Of a stretch of 64,000 nt of DNA, positions 38,601 through 53,100 are shown piece by piece. Under the pieces are notes generated by a model. The model had not been told where the DNA came from. It did not search any database and was given only the letters and a program-made list of their open reading frames with translations. Numbering within the stretch: the first letter of the stretch is position 1; every line of letters begins with the position of its first letter. Position numbers and translations under genes: made by a program. Source of the DNA: Auanema rhodensis (taxonomy: Eukaryota; Animalia; Nematoda). The stretch lies in NCBI GenBank assembly GCA_964057225.1, contig CAXKVF010000073.1, forward strand, positions 1 through 64,000, in the 5' to 3' direction.

Positions 38601-41600
38601 GACATGGGGAATCTAATTTTGAAAACCGCATCTCTTTATCTTTCACGTGAAGCGAGTTACATACCAAGTGCACATCACGTGTACATTTAATTAGCATAAA
38701 TTAAAGTTCACGTAAAATTCAAAGTCATGGTTACCATGAACCAATATCAATAAAAATTTGTTTTTAGACTAATATGGACATGGGGAATCTAATTTTGAAA
38801 ACCGCATCTCTTTATCTTTCACGTGAAGCGAGTTACATACCAAGTGCACATCACGTGTACATTTAATTAGCATAAATTAAAGTTCACGTAAATTTCAAAG
38901 TCATGGTTACCATGCACCAATATCAATAAAAATTTGTTTTTAGACTAATATGGACATGGGGAATCTAATTTTGAAAACCGCATCTCTTTATCTTTCACGT
39001 GAAGCGAGTTACATACCAAGTGCACATCACGTGTACATTTAATTAGCATAAATTAAAGTTCACGTAAATTTCAAAGTCATGGTTACCATGCACCAATATC
39101 AATAAAAATTTGTTTTTAGACTAATATGGACATGGGGAATCTAATTTTGAAAACCGCATCTCTTTATCTTTCACGTGAAGCGAGTTACATACCAAGTGCA
39201 CATCACGTGTACATTTAATTAGCATAAATCAAAGTTCACGTAAATTTCAAAGTCATGGTTACCATGCACCAATATCAATAAAAAGTTGTTTTTAGACTAA
39301 TATGGACATGGGGAATCTAATTTTGAAAACCGCATCTCTTTATCTTTCACGTGAAGCGAGTTACATACCAAGTGCACATCACGTGTACATTTAATTAGCA
39401 TAAATTAAAGTTCACGTAAATTTCAAAGTCATGGTTACCATGCACCAATATCAATAAAAATTTGTTTTTAGACTAATATGGACATGGGGAATCTAATTTT
39501 GAAAACCGCATCTCTTTATCTTTCACGTGAAGCGAGTTACATACCAAGTGCACATCACGTGTACATTTAATTAGCATAAATTAAAGTTCACGTAAATTTC
39601 AAAGTCATGGTTACCATGCACCAATATCAATAAAAAGTTGTTTTTAGACTAATATGGACATGGGGAATCTAATTTTGAAAACCGCATCTCTTTATCTTTC
39701 ACGTGAAGCGAGTTACATACCAAGTGCACATCACGTGTACATTTAATTAGCATAAATTAAAGTTCACGTAAATTTCAAAGTCATGGTTACCATGCACCAA
39801 TATCAATAAAAATTTGTTTTTAGACTAATATGGACATGGGGAATCTAATTTTGAAAACCGCATCTCTTTATCTTTCACGTGAAGCGAGTTACATACCAAG
39901 TGCACATCACGTGTACATTTAATTAGCATAAATTAAAGTTCACGTAAATTTCAAAGTCATGGTTACCATGCACCAATATCAATAAAAATTTGTTTTTAGA
40001 CTAATATGGACATGGGGAATCTAATTTTGAAAACCGCATCTCTTTATCTTTCACGTGAAGCGAGTTACATACCAAGTGCACATCACGTGTACATTTAATT
40101 AGCATAAATTAAAGTTCACGTAAATTTCAAAGTCATGGTTACCATGCACCAATATCAATAAAAATTTGTTTTTAGACTAATATGGACATGGGGAATCTAA
40201 TTTTGAAAACCGCATCTCTTTATCTTTCACGTGAAGCGAGTTACATACCAAGTGCACATCACGTGTACATTTAATTAGCATAAATCAAAGTTCACGTAAA
40301 TTTCAAAGTCATGGTTACCATGCACCAATATCAATAAAAAGTTGTTTTTAGACTAATATGGACATGGGGAATCTAATTTTGAAAACCGCATCTCTTTATC
40401 TTTCACGTGAAGCGAGTTACATACCAAGTGCACATCACGTGTACATTTAATTAGCATAAATTAAAGTTCACGTAAATTTCAAAGTCATGGTTACCATGAA
40501 GCAATATCAATAAAAATTTGTTTTTAGACTAATATGGACATGGGGAATCTAATTTTGAAAACCGCATCTCTTTATCTTTCACGTGAAGCGAGTTACATAC
40601 CAAGTGCATATCACGTGTACATTTAATTAGCATGAATTAAAGTTCACGTAAATTTCAAAGTCATGGTTACCATGCACCAATATCAATAAAAATTTGTTTT
40701 TAGACTAATATGGACATGGGGAATCTAATTTTGAAAACCGCATCTCTTTATCTTTCACGTGAAGCGAGTTACATACCAAGTGCACATCACGTGTACATTT
40801 AATTAGCATAAATTAAAGTTCACGTAAATTTCAAAGTCATGGTTACCATGCACCAATATCAATAAAAATTTGTTTTTAGACTAATATGGACATGGGGAAT
40901 CTAATTTTGAAAACCGCATCTCTTTATCTTTCACGTGAAGCGAGTTACATACCAAGTGCACATCACGTGTACATTTAATTAGCATAAATTAAAGTTCACG
41001 TAAATTTCAAAGTCATGGTTACCATGCACCAATATCAATAAAAATTTGTTTTTAGACTAATATGGACATGGGGAATCTAATTTTGAAAACCGCATCTCTT
41101 TATCTTTCACGTGAAGCGAGTTACATACCAAGTGCACATCACGTGTACATTTAATTAGCATAAATTAAAGTTCACGTAAATTTCAAAGTCATGGTTACCA
41201 TGAAGCAATATCAATCAAAATTTGTTTTTAGACTAATATGGACATGGGGAATCTAATTTTGAAAACCGCATCTCTTTATCTTTCACGTGAAGCGAGTTAC
41301 ATACCAAGTGCACATCACGTGTACATTTAATTAGCATAAATTAAAGTTCACGTAAATTTCAAAGTCATGGTTACCATGAAGCAATATCAATAAAAATTTG
41401 TTTTTAGACTAATATGGACATGGGGAATCTAATTTTGAAAACCGCATCTCTTTATCTTTCACGTGAAGCGAGTTACATACCAAGTGCACATCACGTGTAC
41501 ATTTAATTAGCATGAATTAAAGTTCACGTAAATTTCAAAGTCATGGTTACCATGCACCAATATCAATAAAAATTTGTTTTTAGACTAATATGGACATGGG

Positions 41601-44600
41601 GAATCTAATTTTGAAAACCGCATCTCTTTATCTTTCACGTGAAGCGAGTTACATACCAAGTGCACATCACGTGTACATTTAATTAGCATAAATTAAAGTT
41701 CACGTAAATTTCAAAGTCATGGTTACCATGCACCAATATGAATAAAAATTTGTTTTTAGACTAATATGGACATGGGGAATCTAATTTTGAAAACCGCATC
41801 TCTTTATCTTTCACGTGAAGCGAGTTACATACCAAGTGCACATCACGTGTACATTTAATTAGCATAAATTAAAGTTCACGTAAATATCAAAGTCATGGTT
41901 ACCATGCACCAATATCAATAAAAAGTTGTTTTTAGACTAATATGGACATGGGGAATCTAATTTTGAAAACCGCATCTCTTTATCTTTCACGTGAAGCGAG
42001 TTACATACCAAGTGCACATCACGTGTACATTTAATTAGCATAAATTAAAGTTCACGTAAATTTCAAAGTCATGGTTACCATGAACCAATATCAATAAAAA
42101 TTTGTTTTTAGACTAATATGGACATGGGGAATCTGATTTTGAAAACCGCATCTCTTTATCTTTCACGTGAAGCGAGTTACATACCAAGTGCACATCACGT
42201 GTACATTTAATTAGCATAAATTAAAGTTCACGTAAATTTCAAAGTCATGGTTACCATGAAGCAATATCAATAAAAATTTGTTTTTAGACTAATATGGACA
42301 TGGGGAATCTAATTTTGAAAACCGCATCTCTTTATCTTTCACGTGAAGCGAGTTACATACCAAGTGCACATCACGTGTACATTTAATTAGCATAAATTAA
42401 AGTTCACGTAAATTTCAAAGTCATGGTTACCATGAACCAATATCAATAAAAATTTGTTTTTAGACTAATATGGACATGGGGAATCTAATTTTGAAAACCG
42501 CATCTCTTTATCTTTCACGTGAAGCGAGTTACATACCAAGTGCACATCACGTGTACATTTAATTAGCATAAATTAAAGTTCACGTAAAATTCAAAGTCAT
42601 GGTTACCATGCACCAATATCAATAAAAATTTGTTTTTAGACTAATATGGACATGGGGAATCTAATTTTGAAAACCGCATCTCTTTATCTTTCACGTGAAG
42701 CGAGTTACATACCAAGTGCACATCACGTGTACATTTAATTAGCATAAATTAAAGTTCACGTAAATTTCAAAGTCATGGTTACCATGAAGCAATATCAATA
42801 AAAATTTGTTTTTAGACTAATATGGACATGGGGAATCTAATTTTGAAAACCGCATCTCTTTATCTTTCACGTGAAGCGAGTTACATACCAAGTGCACATC
42901 ACGTGTACATTTAATTAGCATAAATTAAAGTTCACGTAAAATTCAAAGTCATGGTTACCATGAACCAATATCAATAAAAATTTGTTTTTAGACTAATATG
43001 GACATGGGGAATCTAATTTTGAAAACCGCATCTCTTTATCTTTCACGTGAAGCGAGTTACATACCAAGTGCACATCACGTGTACATTTAATTAGCATAAA
43101 TTAAAGTTCACGTAAATTTCAAAGTCATGGTTACCATGCACCAATATCAATAAAAATTTGTTTTTAGACTAATATGGACATGGGGAATCTAATTTTGAAA
43201 ACCGCATCTCTTTATCTTTCACGTGAAGCGAGTTACATACCAAGTGCACATCACGTGTACATTTAATTAGCATAAATTAAAGTTCACGTAAATTTCAAAG
43301 TCATGGTTACCATGCACCAATATCAATAAAAATTTGTTTTTAGACTAATATGGACATGGGGAATCTAATTTTGAAAACCGCATCTCTTTATCTTTCACGT
43401 GAAGCGAGTTACATACCAAGTGCACATCACGTGTACATTTAATTAGCATAAATCAAAGTTCACGTAAATTTCAAAGTCATGGTTACCATGCACCAATATC
43501 AATAAAAAGTTGTTTTTAGACTAATATGGACATGGGGAATCTAATTTTGAAAACCGCATCTCTTTATCTTTCACGTGAAGCGAGTTACATACCAAGTGCA
43601 CATCACGTGTACATTTAATTAGCATAAATTAAAGTTCACGTAAATTTCAAAGTCATGGTTACCATGCACCAATATCAATAAAAATTTGTTTTTAGACTAA
43701 TATGGACATGGGGAATCTAATTTTGAAAACCGCATCTCTTTATCTTTCACGTGAAGCGAGTTACATACCAAGTGCACATCACGTGTACATTTAATTAGCA
43801 TAAATTAAAGTTCACGTAAATTTCAAAGTCATGGTTACCATGCACCAATATCAATAAAAAGTTGTTTTTAGACTAATATGGACATGGGGAATCTAATTTT
43901 GAAAACCGCATCTCTTTATCTTTCACGTGAAGCGAGTTACATACCAAGTGCACATCACGTGTACATTTAATTAGCATAAATTAAAGTTCACGTAAATTTC
44001 AAAGTCATGGTTACCATGCACCAATATCAATAAAAATTTGTTTTTAGACTAATATGGACATGGGGAATCTAATTTTGAAAACCGCATCTCTTTATCTTTC
44101 ACGTGAAGCGAGTTACATACCAAGTGCACATCACGTGTACATTTAATTAGCATAAATTAAAGTTCACGTAAATTTCAAAGTCATGGTTACCATGCACCAA
44201 TATCAATAAAAATTTGTTTTTAGACTAATATGGACATGGGGAATCTAATTTTGAAAACCGCATCTCTTTATCTTTCACGTGAAGCGAGTTACATACCAAG
44301 TGCACATCACGTGTACATTTAATTAGCATAAATTAAAGTTCACGTAAATTTCAAAGTCATGGTTACCATGCACCAATATCAATAAAAATTTGTTTTTAGA
44401 CTAATATGGACATGGGGAATCTAATTTTGAAAACCGCATCTCTTTATCTTTCACGTGAAGCGAGTTACATACCAAGTGCACATCACGTGTACATTTAATT
44501 AGCATAAATCAAAGTTCACGTAAATTTCAAAGTCATGGTTACCATGCACCAATATCAATAAAAAGTTGTTTTTAGACTAATATGGACATGGGGAATCTAA

Positions 44601-47127
44601 TTTTGAAAACCGCATCTCTTTATCTTTCACGTGAAGCGAGTTACATACCAAGTGCACATCACGTGTACATTTAATTAGCATAAATTAAAGTTCACGTAAA
44701 TTTCAAAGTCATGGTTACCATGAAGCAATATCAATAAAAATTTGTTTTTAGACTAATATGGACATGGGGAATCTAATTTTGAAAACCGCATCTCTTTATC
44801 TTTCACGTGAAGCGAGTTACATACCAAGTGCATATCACGTGTACATTTAATTAGCATGAATTAAAGTTCACGTAAATTTCAAAGTCATGGTTACCATGCA
44901 CCAATATCAATAAAAATTTGTTTTTAGACTAATATGGACATGGGGAATCTAATTTTGAAAACCGCATCTCTTTATCTTTCACGTGAAGCGAGTTACATAC
45001 CAAGTGCACATCACGTGTACATTTAATTAGCATAAATTAAAGTTCACGTAAATTTCAAAGTCATGGTTACCATGCACCAATATCAATAAAAATTTGTTTT
45101 TAGACTAATATGGACATGGGGAATCTAATTTTGAAAACCGCATCTCTTTATCTTTCACGTGAAGCGAGTTACATACCAAGTGCACATCACGTGTACATTT
45201 AATTAGCATAAATTAAAGTTCACGTAAATTTCAAAGTCATGGTTACCATGAAGCAATATCAATCAAAATTTGTTTTTAGACTAATATGGACATGGGGAAT
45301 CTAATTTTGAAAACCGCATCTCTTTATCTTTCACGTGAAGCGAGTTACATACCAAGTGCACATCACGTGTACATTTAATTAGCATAAATTAAAGTTCACG
45401 TAAATTTCAAAGTCATGGTTACCATGAAGCAATATCAATAAAAATTTGTTTTTAGACTAATATGGACATGGGGAATCTAATTTTGAAAACCGCATCTCTT
45501 TATCTTTCACGTGAAGCGAGTTACATACCAAGTGCACATCACGTGTACATTTAATTAGCATGAATTAAAGTTCACGTAAATTTCAAAGTCATGGTTACCA
45601 TGCACCAATATCAATAAAAATTTGTTTTTAGACTAATATGGACATGGGGAATCTAATTTTGAAAACCGCATCTCTTTATCTTTCACGTGAAGCGAGTTAC
45701 ATACCAAGTGCACATCACGTGTACATTTAATTAGCATAAATTAAAGTTCACGTAAATTTCAAAGTCATGGTTACCATGCACCAATATCAATAAAAATTTG
45801 TTTTTAGACTAATATGGACATGGGGAATCTAATTTTGAAAACCGCATCTCTTTATCTTTCACGTGAAGCGAGTTACATACCAAGTGCACATCACGTGTAC
45901 ATTTAATTAGCATAAATTAAAGTTCACGTAAATATCAAAGTCATGGTTACCATGCACCAATATCAATAAAAAGTTGTTTTTAGACTAATATGGACATGGG
46001 GAATCTAATTTTGAAAACCGCATCTCTTTATCTTTCACGTGAAGCGAGTTACATACCAAGTGCACATCACGTGTACATTTAATTAGCATAAATTAAAGTT
46101 CACGTAAATTTCAAAGTCATGGTTACCATGAACCAATATCAATAAAAATTTGTTTTTAGACTAATATGGACATGGGGAATCTGATTTTGAAAACCGCATC
46201 TCTTTATCTTTCACGTGAAGCGAGTTACATACCAAGTGCACATCACGTGTACATTTAATTAGCATAAATTAAAGTTCACGTAAATTTCAAAGTCATGGTT
46301 ACCATGAAGCAATATCAATAAAAATTTGTTTTTAGACTAATATGGACATGGGGAATCTAATTTTGAAAACCGCATCTCTTTATCTTTCACGTGAAGCGAG
46401 TTACATACCAAGTGCACATCACGTGTACATTTAATTAGCATAAATTAAAGTTCACGTAAATTTCAAAGTCATGGTTACCATGAACCAATATCAATAAAAA
46501 TTTGTTTTTAGACTAATATGGACATGGGGAATCTAATTTTGAAAACCGCATCTCTTTATCTTTCACGTGAAGCGAGTTACATACCAAGTGCACATCACGT
46601 GTACATTTAATTAGCATAAATTAAAGTTCACGTAAAATTCAAAGTCATGGTTACCATGCACCAATATCAATAAAAATTTGTTTTTAGACTAATATGGACA
46701 TGGGGAATCTAATTTTGAAAACCGCATCTCTTTATCTTTCACGTGAAGCGAGTTACATACCAAGTGCACATCACGTGTACATTTAATTAGCATAAATTAA
46801 AGTTCACGTAAATTTCAAAGTCATGGTTACCATGAAGCAATATCAATAAAAATTTGTTTTTAGACTAATATGGACATGGGGAATCTAATTTTGAAAACCG
46901 CATCTCTTTATCTTTCACGTGAAGCGAGTTACATACCAAGTGCACATCACGTGTACATTTAATTAGCATAAATTAAAGTTCACGTAAAATTCAAAGTCAT
47001 GGTTACCATGAACCAATATCAATAAAAATTTGTTTTTAGACTAATATGGACATGGGGAATCTAATTTTGAAAACCGCATCTCTTTATCTTTCACGTGAAG
47101 CGAGTTACATACCAAGTGCACATCACG
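35688..47127. repeat. 23/24-monomer higher-order repeat, ~2.7 copies (4048/4224 bp)
   Basis: Markers AATCAAAG 36238/40286/44510, AAATATC 37662/41886/45934 and TCTGATT 37911/42135/46183. Confidence 0.88.
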
Positions 47128-50100
47128 TGTACATTTAATTAGCATAAATTAAAGTTCACGTAAATTTCAAAGTCATGGTTACCATGAAGCAATATCAATA
47201 AAAATTTGTTTTTAGACTAATATGGACATGGGGAATCTAATTTTGAAAACCGCATCTCTTTATCTTTCACGTGAAGCGAGTTACATACCAAGTGCACATC
47301 ACGTGTACATTTAATTAGCATAAATTAAAGTTCACGTAAAATTCAAAGTCATGGTTACCATGAACCAATATCAATAAAAATTTGTTTTTAGACTAATATG
47401 GACATGGGGAATCTAATTTTGAAAACCGCATCTCTTTATCTTTCACGTGAAGCGAGTTACATACCAAGTGCACATCACGTGTACATTTAATTAGCATAAA
47501 TTAAAGTTCACGTAAATATCAAAGTCATGGTTACCATGCATCAATATCAATAAAAATTTGTTTTTAGACTAATATGGACATGGGGAATCTAATTTTGAAA
47601 ACCGCATCTCTTTATCTTTCACGTGAAGCGAGTTACATACCAAGTGCACATCACGTGTACATTTAATTAGCATAAATTAAAGTTCACGTAAATTTCAAAG
47701 TCATGGTTACCATGAACCAATATCAATAAAAATTTGTTTTTAGACTAATATGGACATGGGGAATCTGATTTTGAAAACCGCATCTCTTTATCTTTCACGT
47801 GAAGCGAGTTACATACCAAGTGCACATCACGTGTACATTTAATTAGCATAAATTAAAGTTCACGTAAATTTCAAAGTCATGGTTACCATGAAGCAATATC
47901 AATAAAAATTTGTTTTTAGACTAATATGGACATGGGGAATCTAATTTTGAAAACCGCATCTCTTTATCTTTCACGTGAAGCGAGTTACATACCAAGTGCA
48001 CATCACGTGTACATTTAATTAGCATAAATTAAAGTTCACGTAAATTTCAAAGTCATGGTTACCATGAACCAATATCAATAAAAATTTGTTTTTAGACTAA
48101 TATGGACATGGGGAATCTAATTTTGAAAACCGCATCTCTTTATCTTTCACGTGAAGCGAGTTACATACCAAGTGCACATCACGTGTACATTTAATTAGCA
48201 TAAATTAAAGTTCACGTAAAATTCAAAGTCATGGTTACCATGCACCAATATCAATAAAAATTTGTTTTTAGACTAATATGGACATGGGGAATCTAATTTT
48301 GAAAACCGCATCTCTTTATCTTTCACGTGAAGCGAGTTACATACCAAGTGCACATCACGTGTACATTTAATTAGCATAAATTAAAGTTCACGTAAATTTC
48401 AAAGTCATGGTTACCATGAAGCAATATCAATAAAAATTTGTTTTTAGACTAATATGGACATGGGGAATCTAATTTTGAAAACCGCATCTCTTTATCTTTC
48501 ACGTGAAGCGAGTTACATACCAAGTGCACATCACGTGTACATTTAATTAGCATAAATTAAAGTTCACGTAAAATTCAAAGTCATGGTTACCATGAACCAA
48601 TATCAATAAAAATTTGTTTTTAGACTAATATGGACATGGGGAATCTAATTTTGAAAACCGCATCTCTTTATCTTTCACGTGAAGCGAGTTACATACCAAG
48701 TGCACATCACGTGTACATTTAATTAGCATAAATTAAAGTTCACGTAAATTTCAAAGTCATGGTTACCATGCACCAATATCAATAAAAATTTGTTTTTAGA
48801 CTAATATGGACATGGGGAATCTAATTTTGAAAACCGCATCTCTTTATCTTTCACGTGAAGCGAGTTACATACCAAGTGCACATCACGTGTACATTTAATT
48901 AGCATAAATTAAAGTTCACGTAAATTTCAAAGTCATGGTTACCATGAACCAATATCAATAAAAATTTGTTTTTAGACTAATATGGACATGGGGAATCTAA
49001 TTTTGAAAACCGCATCTCTTTATCTTTCACGTGAAGCGAGTTACATACCAAGTGCACATCACGTGTACATTTAATTAGCATAAATTAAAGTTCACGTAAA
49101 TTTCAAAGTCATGGTTACCATGAAGCAATATCAATAAAAATTTGTTTTTAGACTAATATGGACATGTGAAATCTAATTTTGAAAACCGCATCTCTTTATC
49201 TTTCACGTGAAGCGAGTTACATACCAAGTGCACATCACGTGTACATTTAATTAGCATAAATTAAAGTTCACGTAAATTTCAAAGTCATGGTTACCATGCA
49301 CCAATATCAATAAAAATTTGTTTTTAGACTAATATGGACATGTGAAATCTAATTTTGAAAACCGCATCTCTTTATCTTTCACGTGAAGCGAGTTACATAC
49401 CAAGTGCACATCACGTGTACATTTAATTAGCATAAATTAAAGTTCACGTAAATTTCAAAGTCATGGTTACCATGCACCAATATCAATAAAAATTTGTTTT
49501 TAGACTAATATGGACATGGGGAATCTAATTTTGAAAACCGCATCTCTTTATCTTTTACGTGAAGCGAGTTACATACCAAGTGCACATCACGTGTACATTT
49601 AATTAGCATAAATTAAAGTTCACGTAAATTTCAAAGTCATGGTTACCATGCACCAATATCAATAAAAATTTGTTTTTAGACTAATATGGACATGGGGAAT
49701 CTAATTTTGAAAACCGCATCTCTTTATCTTTTACGTGAAGCGAGTTACATACCAAGTGCACATCACGTGTACATTTAATTAGCATAAATTAAAGTTCACG
49801 TAAAATTCAAAGTCATGGTTACCATGCACCAATATCAATAAAAATTTGTTTTTAGACTAATATGGACATGGGGAATCTGATTTTGAAAACCGCATCTCTT
49901 TATCTTTTACGTGAAGCGAGTTACATACCAAGTGCACATCACGTGTACATTTAATTAGCATAAATTAAAGTTCACGTAAAATTCAAAGTCATGGTTACCA
50001 TGCACCAATATCAATAAAAATTTGTTTTTAGACTAATATGGACATGGGGAATCTAATTTTGAAAACCGCATCTCTTTATCTTTCACGTGAAGCGAGTTAC

Positions 50101-53100
50101 ATACCAAGTGCACATCACGTGTACATTTAATTAGCATAAATTAAAGTTCACGTAAATTTCAAAGTCATGGTTACCATGCACCAATATCAATAAAAATTTG
50201 TTTTTAGAGTAATATGGACATGGGGAATCTAATTTTGAAAACCGCATCTCTTTATCTTTTACGTGAAGCGAGTTACATACCAAGTGCACATCACGTGTAC
50301 ATTTAATTAGCATAAATTAAAGTTCACGTAAAATTCAAAGTCATGGTTACCATGCACCAATATCAATAAAAATTTGTTTTTAGACTAATATGGACATGGG
50401 GAATCTAATTTTGAAAACCGCATCTCTTTATCTTTTACGTGAAGCGAGTTACATACCAAGTGCACATCACGTGTACATTTAATTAGCATAAATTAAAGTT
50501 CACGTAAATTTCAAAGTCATGGTTACCATGAACCAATATCAATAAAAATTTGTTTTTAGACTAATATGGACATGGGGCATCTGATTTTGAAAACCGCATC
50601 TCTTTATCTTTTACGTGAAGCGAGTTACATACCAAGTGCACATCACGTGTACATTTAATTAGCATAAATTAAAGTTCACGTAAAATTCAAAGTCATGGTT
50701 ACCATGCACCAATATGAATAAAAATTTGTTTTTAGACTAATATGGACATGGGGAATCTAATTTTGAAAACCGCATCTCTTTATCTTTTACGTGAAGCGAG
50801 TTACATACCAAGTGCACATCACGTGTACATTTAATTAGCATAAATTAAAGTTCACGTAAATTTCAAAGTCATGGTTACCATGAACCAATATCAATAAAAA
50901 TTTGTTTTTAGACTAATATGGACATGGGGAATCTGATTTTGAAAACCGCATCTCTTTATCTTTCACGTGAAGCGAGTTACATACCAAGTGCACATCACGT
51001 GTACATTTAATTAGCATAAATTAAAGTTCACGTAAAATTCAAAGTCATGGTTACCATGCACCAATATCAATAAAAATTTGTTTTTAGACTAATATGGACA
51101 TGGGGAATCTAATTTTGAAAACCGCATCTCTTTATCTTTTACGTGAAGCGAGTTACATACCAAGTGCACATCACGTGTACATTTAATTAACATAAATTAA
51201 AGTTCACGTAAATTTGAAAGTCATGGTTACCATGAACCAATATCAATAAAAATTTGTTTTTAGACTAATATGGACATGGGGAATCTAATTTTGAAAACCG
51301 CATCTCTTTATCTTTTACGTGAAGCGAGTTACATACCAAGTGCACATCACGTGTACATTTAATTAGCATAAATTAAAGTTCACGTAAATTTCAAAGTCAT
51401 GGTTACCATGAACCAATATCAATAAAAATTTGTTTTTAGACTAATATGGACATGGGGAATCTGATTTTGAAAACCGCATCTCTTTATCTTTCACGTGAAG
51501 CGAGTTACATACCAAGTGCACATCACGTGTACATTTAATTAGCATAAATTAAAGTTCACGTAAAATTCAAAGTCATGGTTACCATGCACCAATATCAATA
51601 AAAATTTGTTTTTAGACTAATATGGACATGGGGAATCAAATTTTGAAAACCGCATCTCTTTATCTTTTACGTGAAGCGAGTTACATACCAAGTGCACATC
51701 ACGTGTACATTTAATTAGCATAAATTAAAGTTCACGTAAATTTCAAAGTCATGGTTACCATGAACCAATATCAATAAAAATTTGTTTTTAGACTAATATG
51801 GACATGGGGAATCTAATTTTGAAAACCGCATCTCTTTATCTTTTACGTGAAGCGAGTTACATACCAAGTGCACATCACGTGTACATTTAATTAGCATAAA
51901 TTAAAGTTCACGTAAATTTCAAAGTCATGGTTACCATGAAGCAATATCAATAAAAATTTGTTTTTAGACTAATATGGACATGGGGAATCTAATTTTGAAA
52001 ACCGCATCTCTTTATCTTTCACGTGAAGCGAGTTACATACCAAGTGCACATCACGTGTACATTTAATTAGCATGAATTAAAGTTCACGTAAAATTCAAAG
52101 TCATGGTTACCATTCACCAATATCAATAAAAATTTGTTTTTAGACTAATATGGACATGGGAAATCTAATTTTGAAAACCGCATCTCTTTATCTTTTACGT
52201 GAAGCGAGTTACATACCAAGTGCACATCACGTGTACATTTAATTAGCATAAATTAAAGTTCACGTAAATTTCAAAGTTATGGTTACCATGAACCAATATG
52301 AATAAAAATTTGTTTTTAAACTAATATGGACATGGGGAATCTAATTTTGAAAACCGCATCTCTTTATCTTTTACGTGAAGCGAGTTACATACCAAGTGCA
52401 CATCACGTGTACATTTAATAAGCATAAATTAAAGTTCACGTAAATTTCAAAGTCATGGTTACCATGAACCAATATCAATAAAAATTTGTTTTTAGACTAA
52501 TATGGACATGGGGAATCTGATTTTGAAAACCGCATCTCTTTATCTTTCACGTGAAGCGAGTTACATACCAAGTGCACATCACGTGTACATTTAATTAGCA
52601 TAAATTAAAGTTCACGTAAAATTCAAAGTCATGGTTACCATGCACCAATATCAATAAAAATTTGTTTTTAGACTAATATGGACATGGGGAATCTAATTTT
52701 GAAAACCGCATCTCTTTATCTTTTACGTGAAGCGAGTTACATACCAAGTGCACATCACGTGTACATTTAATTAGCATAAATTAAAGTTCACGTAAATTTG
52801 AAAGTCATGGTTACCATGAACCAATATCAATAAAAATTTGTTTTTAGACTAATATGGACATGGGGAATCTAATTTTGAAAACCGCATCTCTTTATCTTTT
52901 ACGTGAAGCGAGTTACATACCAAGTGCACATCACGTGTACATTTAATTAGCATAAATTAAAGTTCACGTAAATTTCAAAGTCATGGTTACCATGAACCAA
53001 TATCAATAAAAATTTGTTTTTAGACTAATATGGACATGGGGAATCTGATTTTGAAAACCGCATCTCTTTATCTTTCACGTGAAGCGAGTTACATACCAAG

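Noticed and set aside
50131-50313. 60-aa ORF in the satellite
   Set aside because: It is one monomer in which a substitution at 50209 removes the usual TAG. There is no coding evidence.
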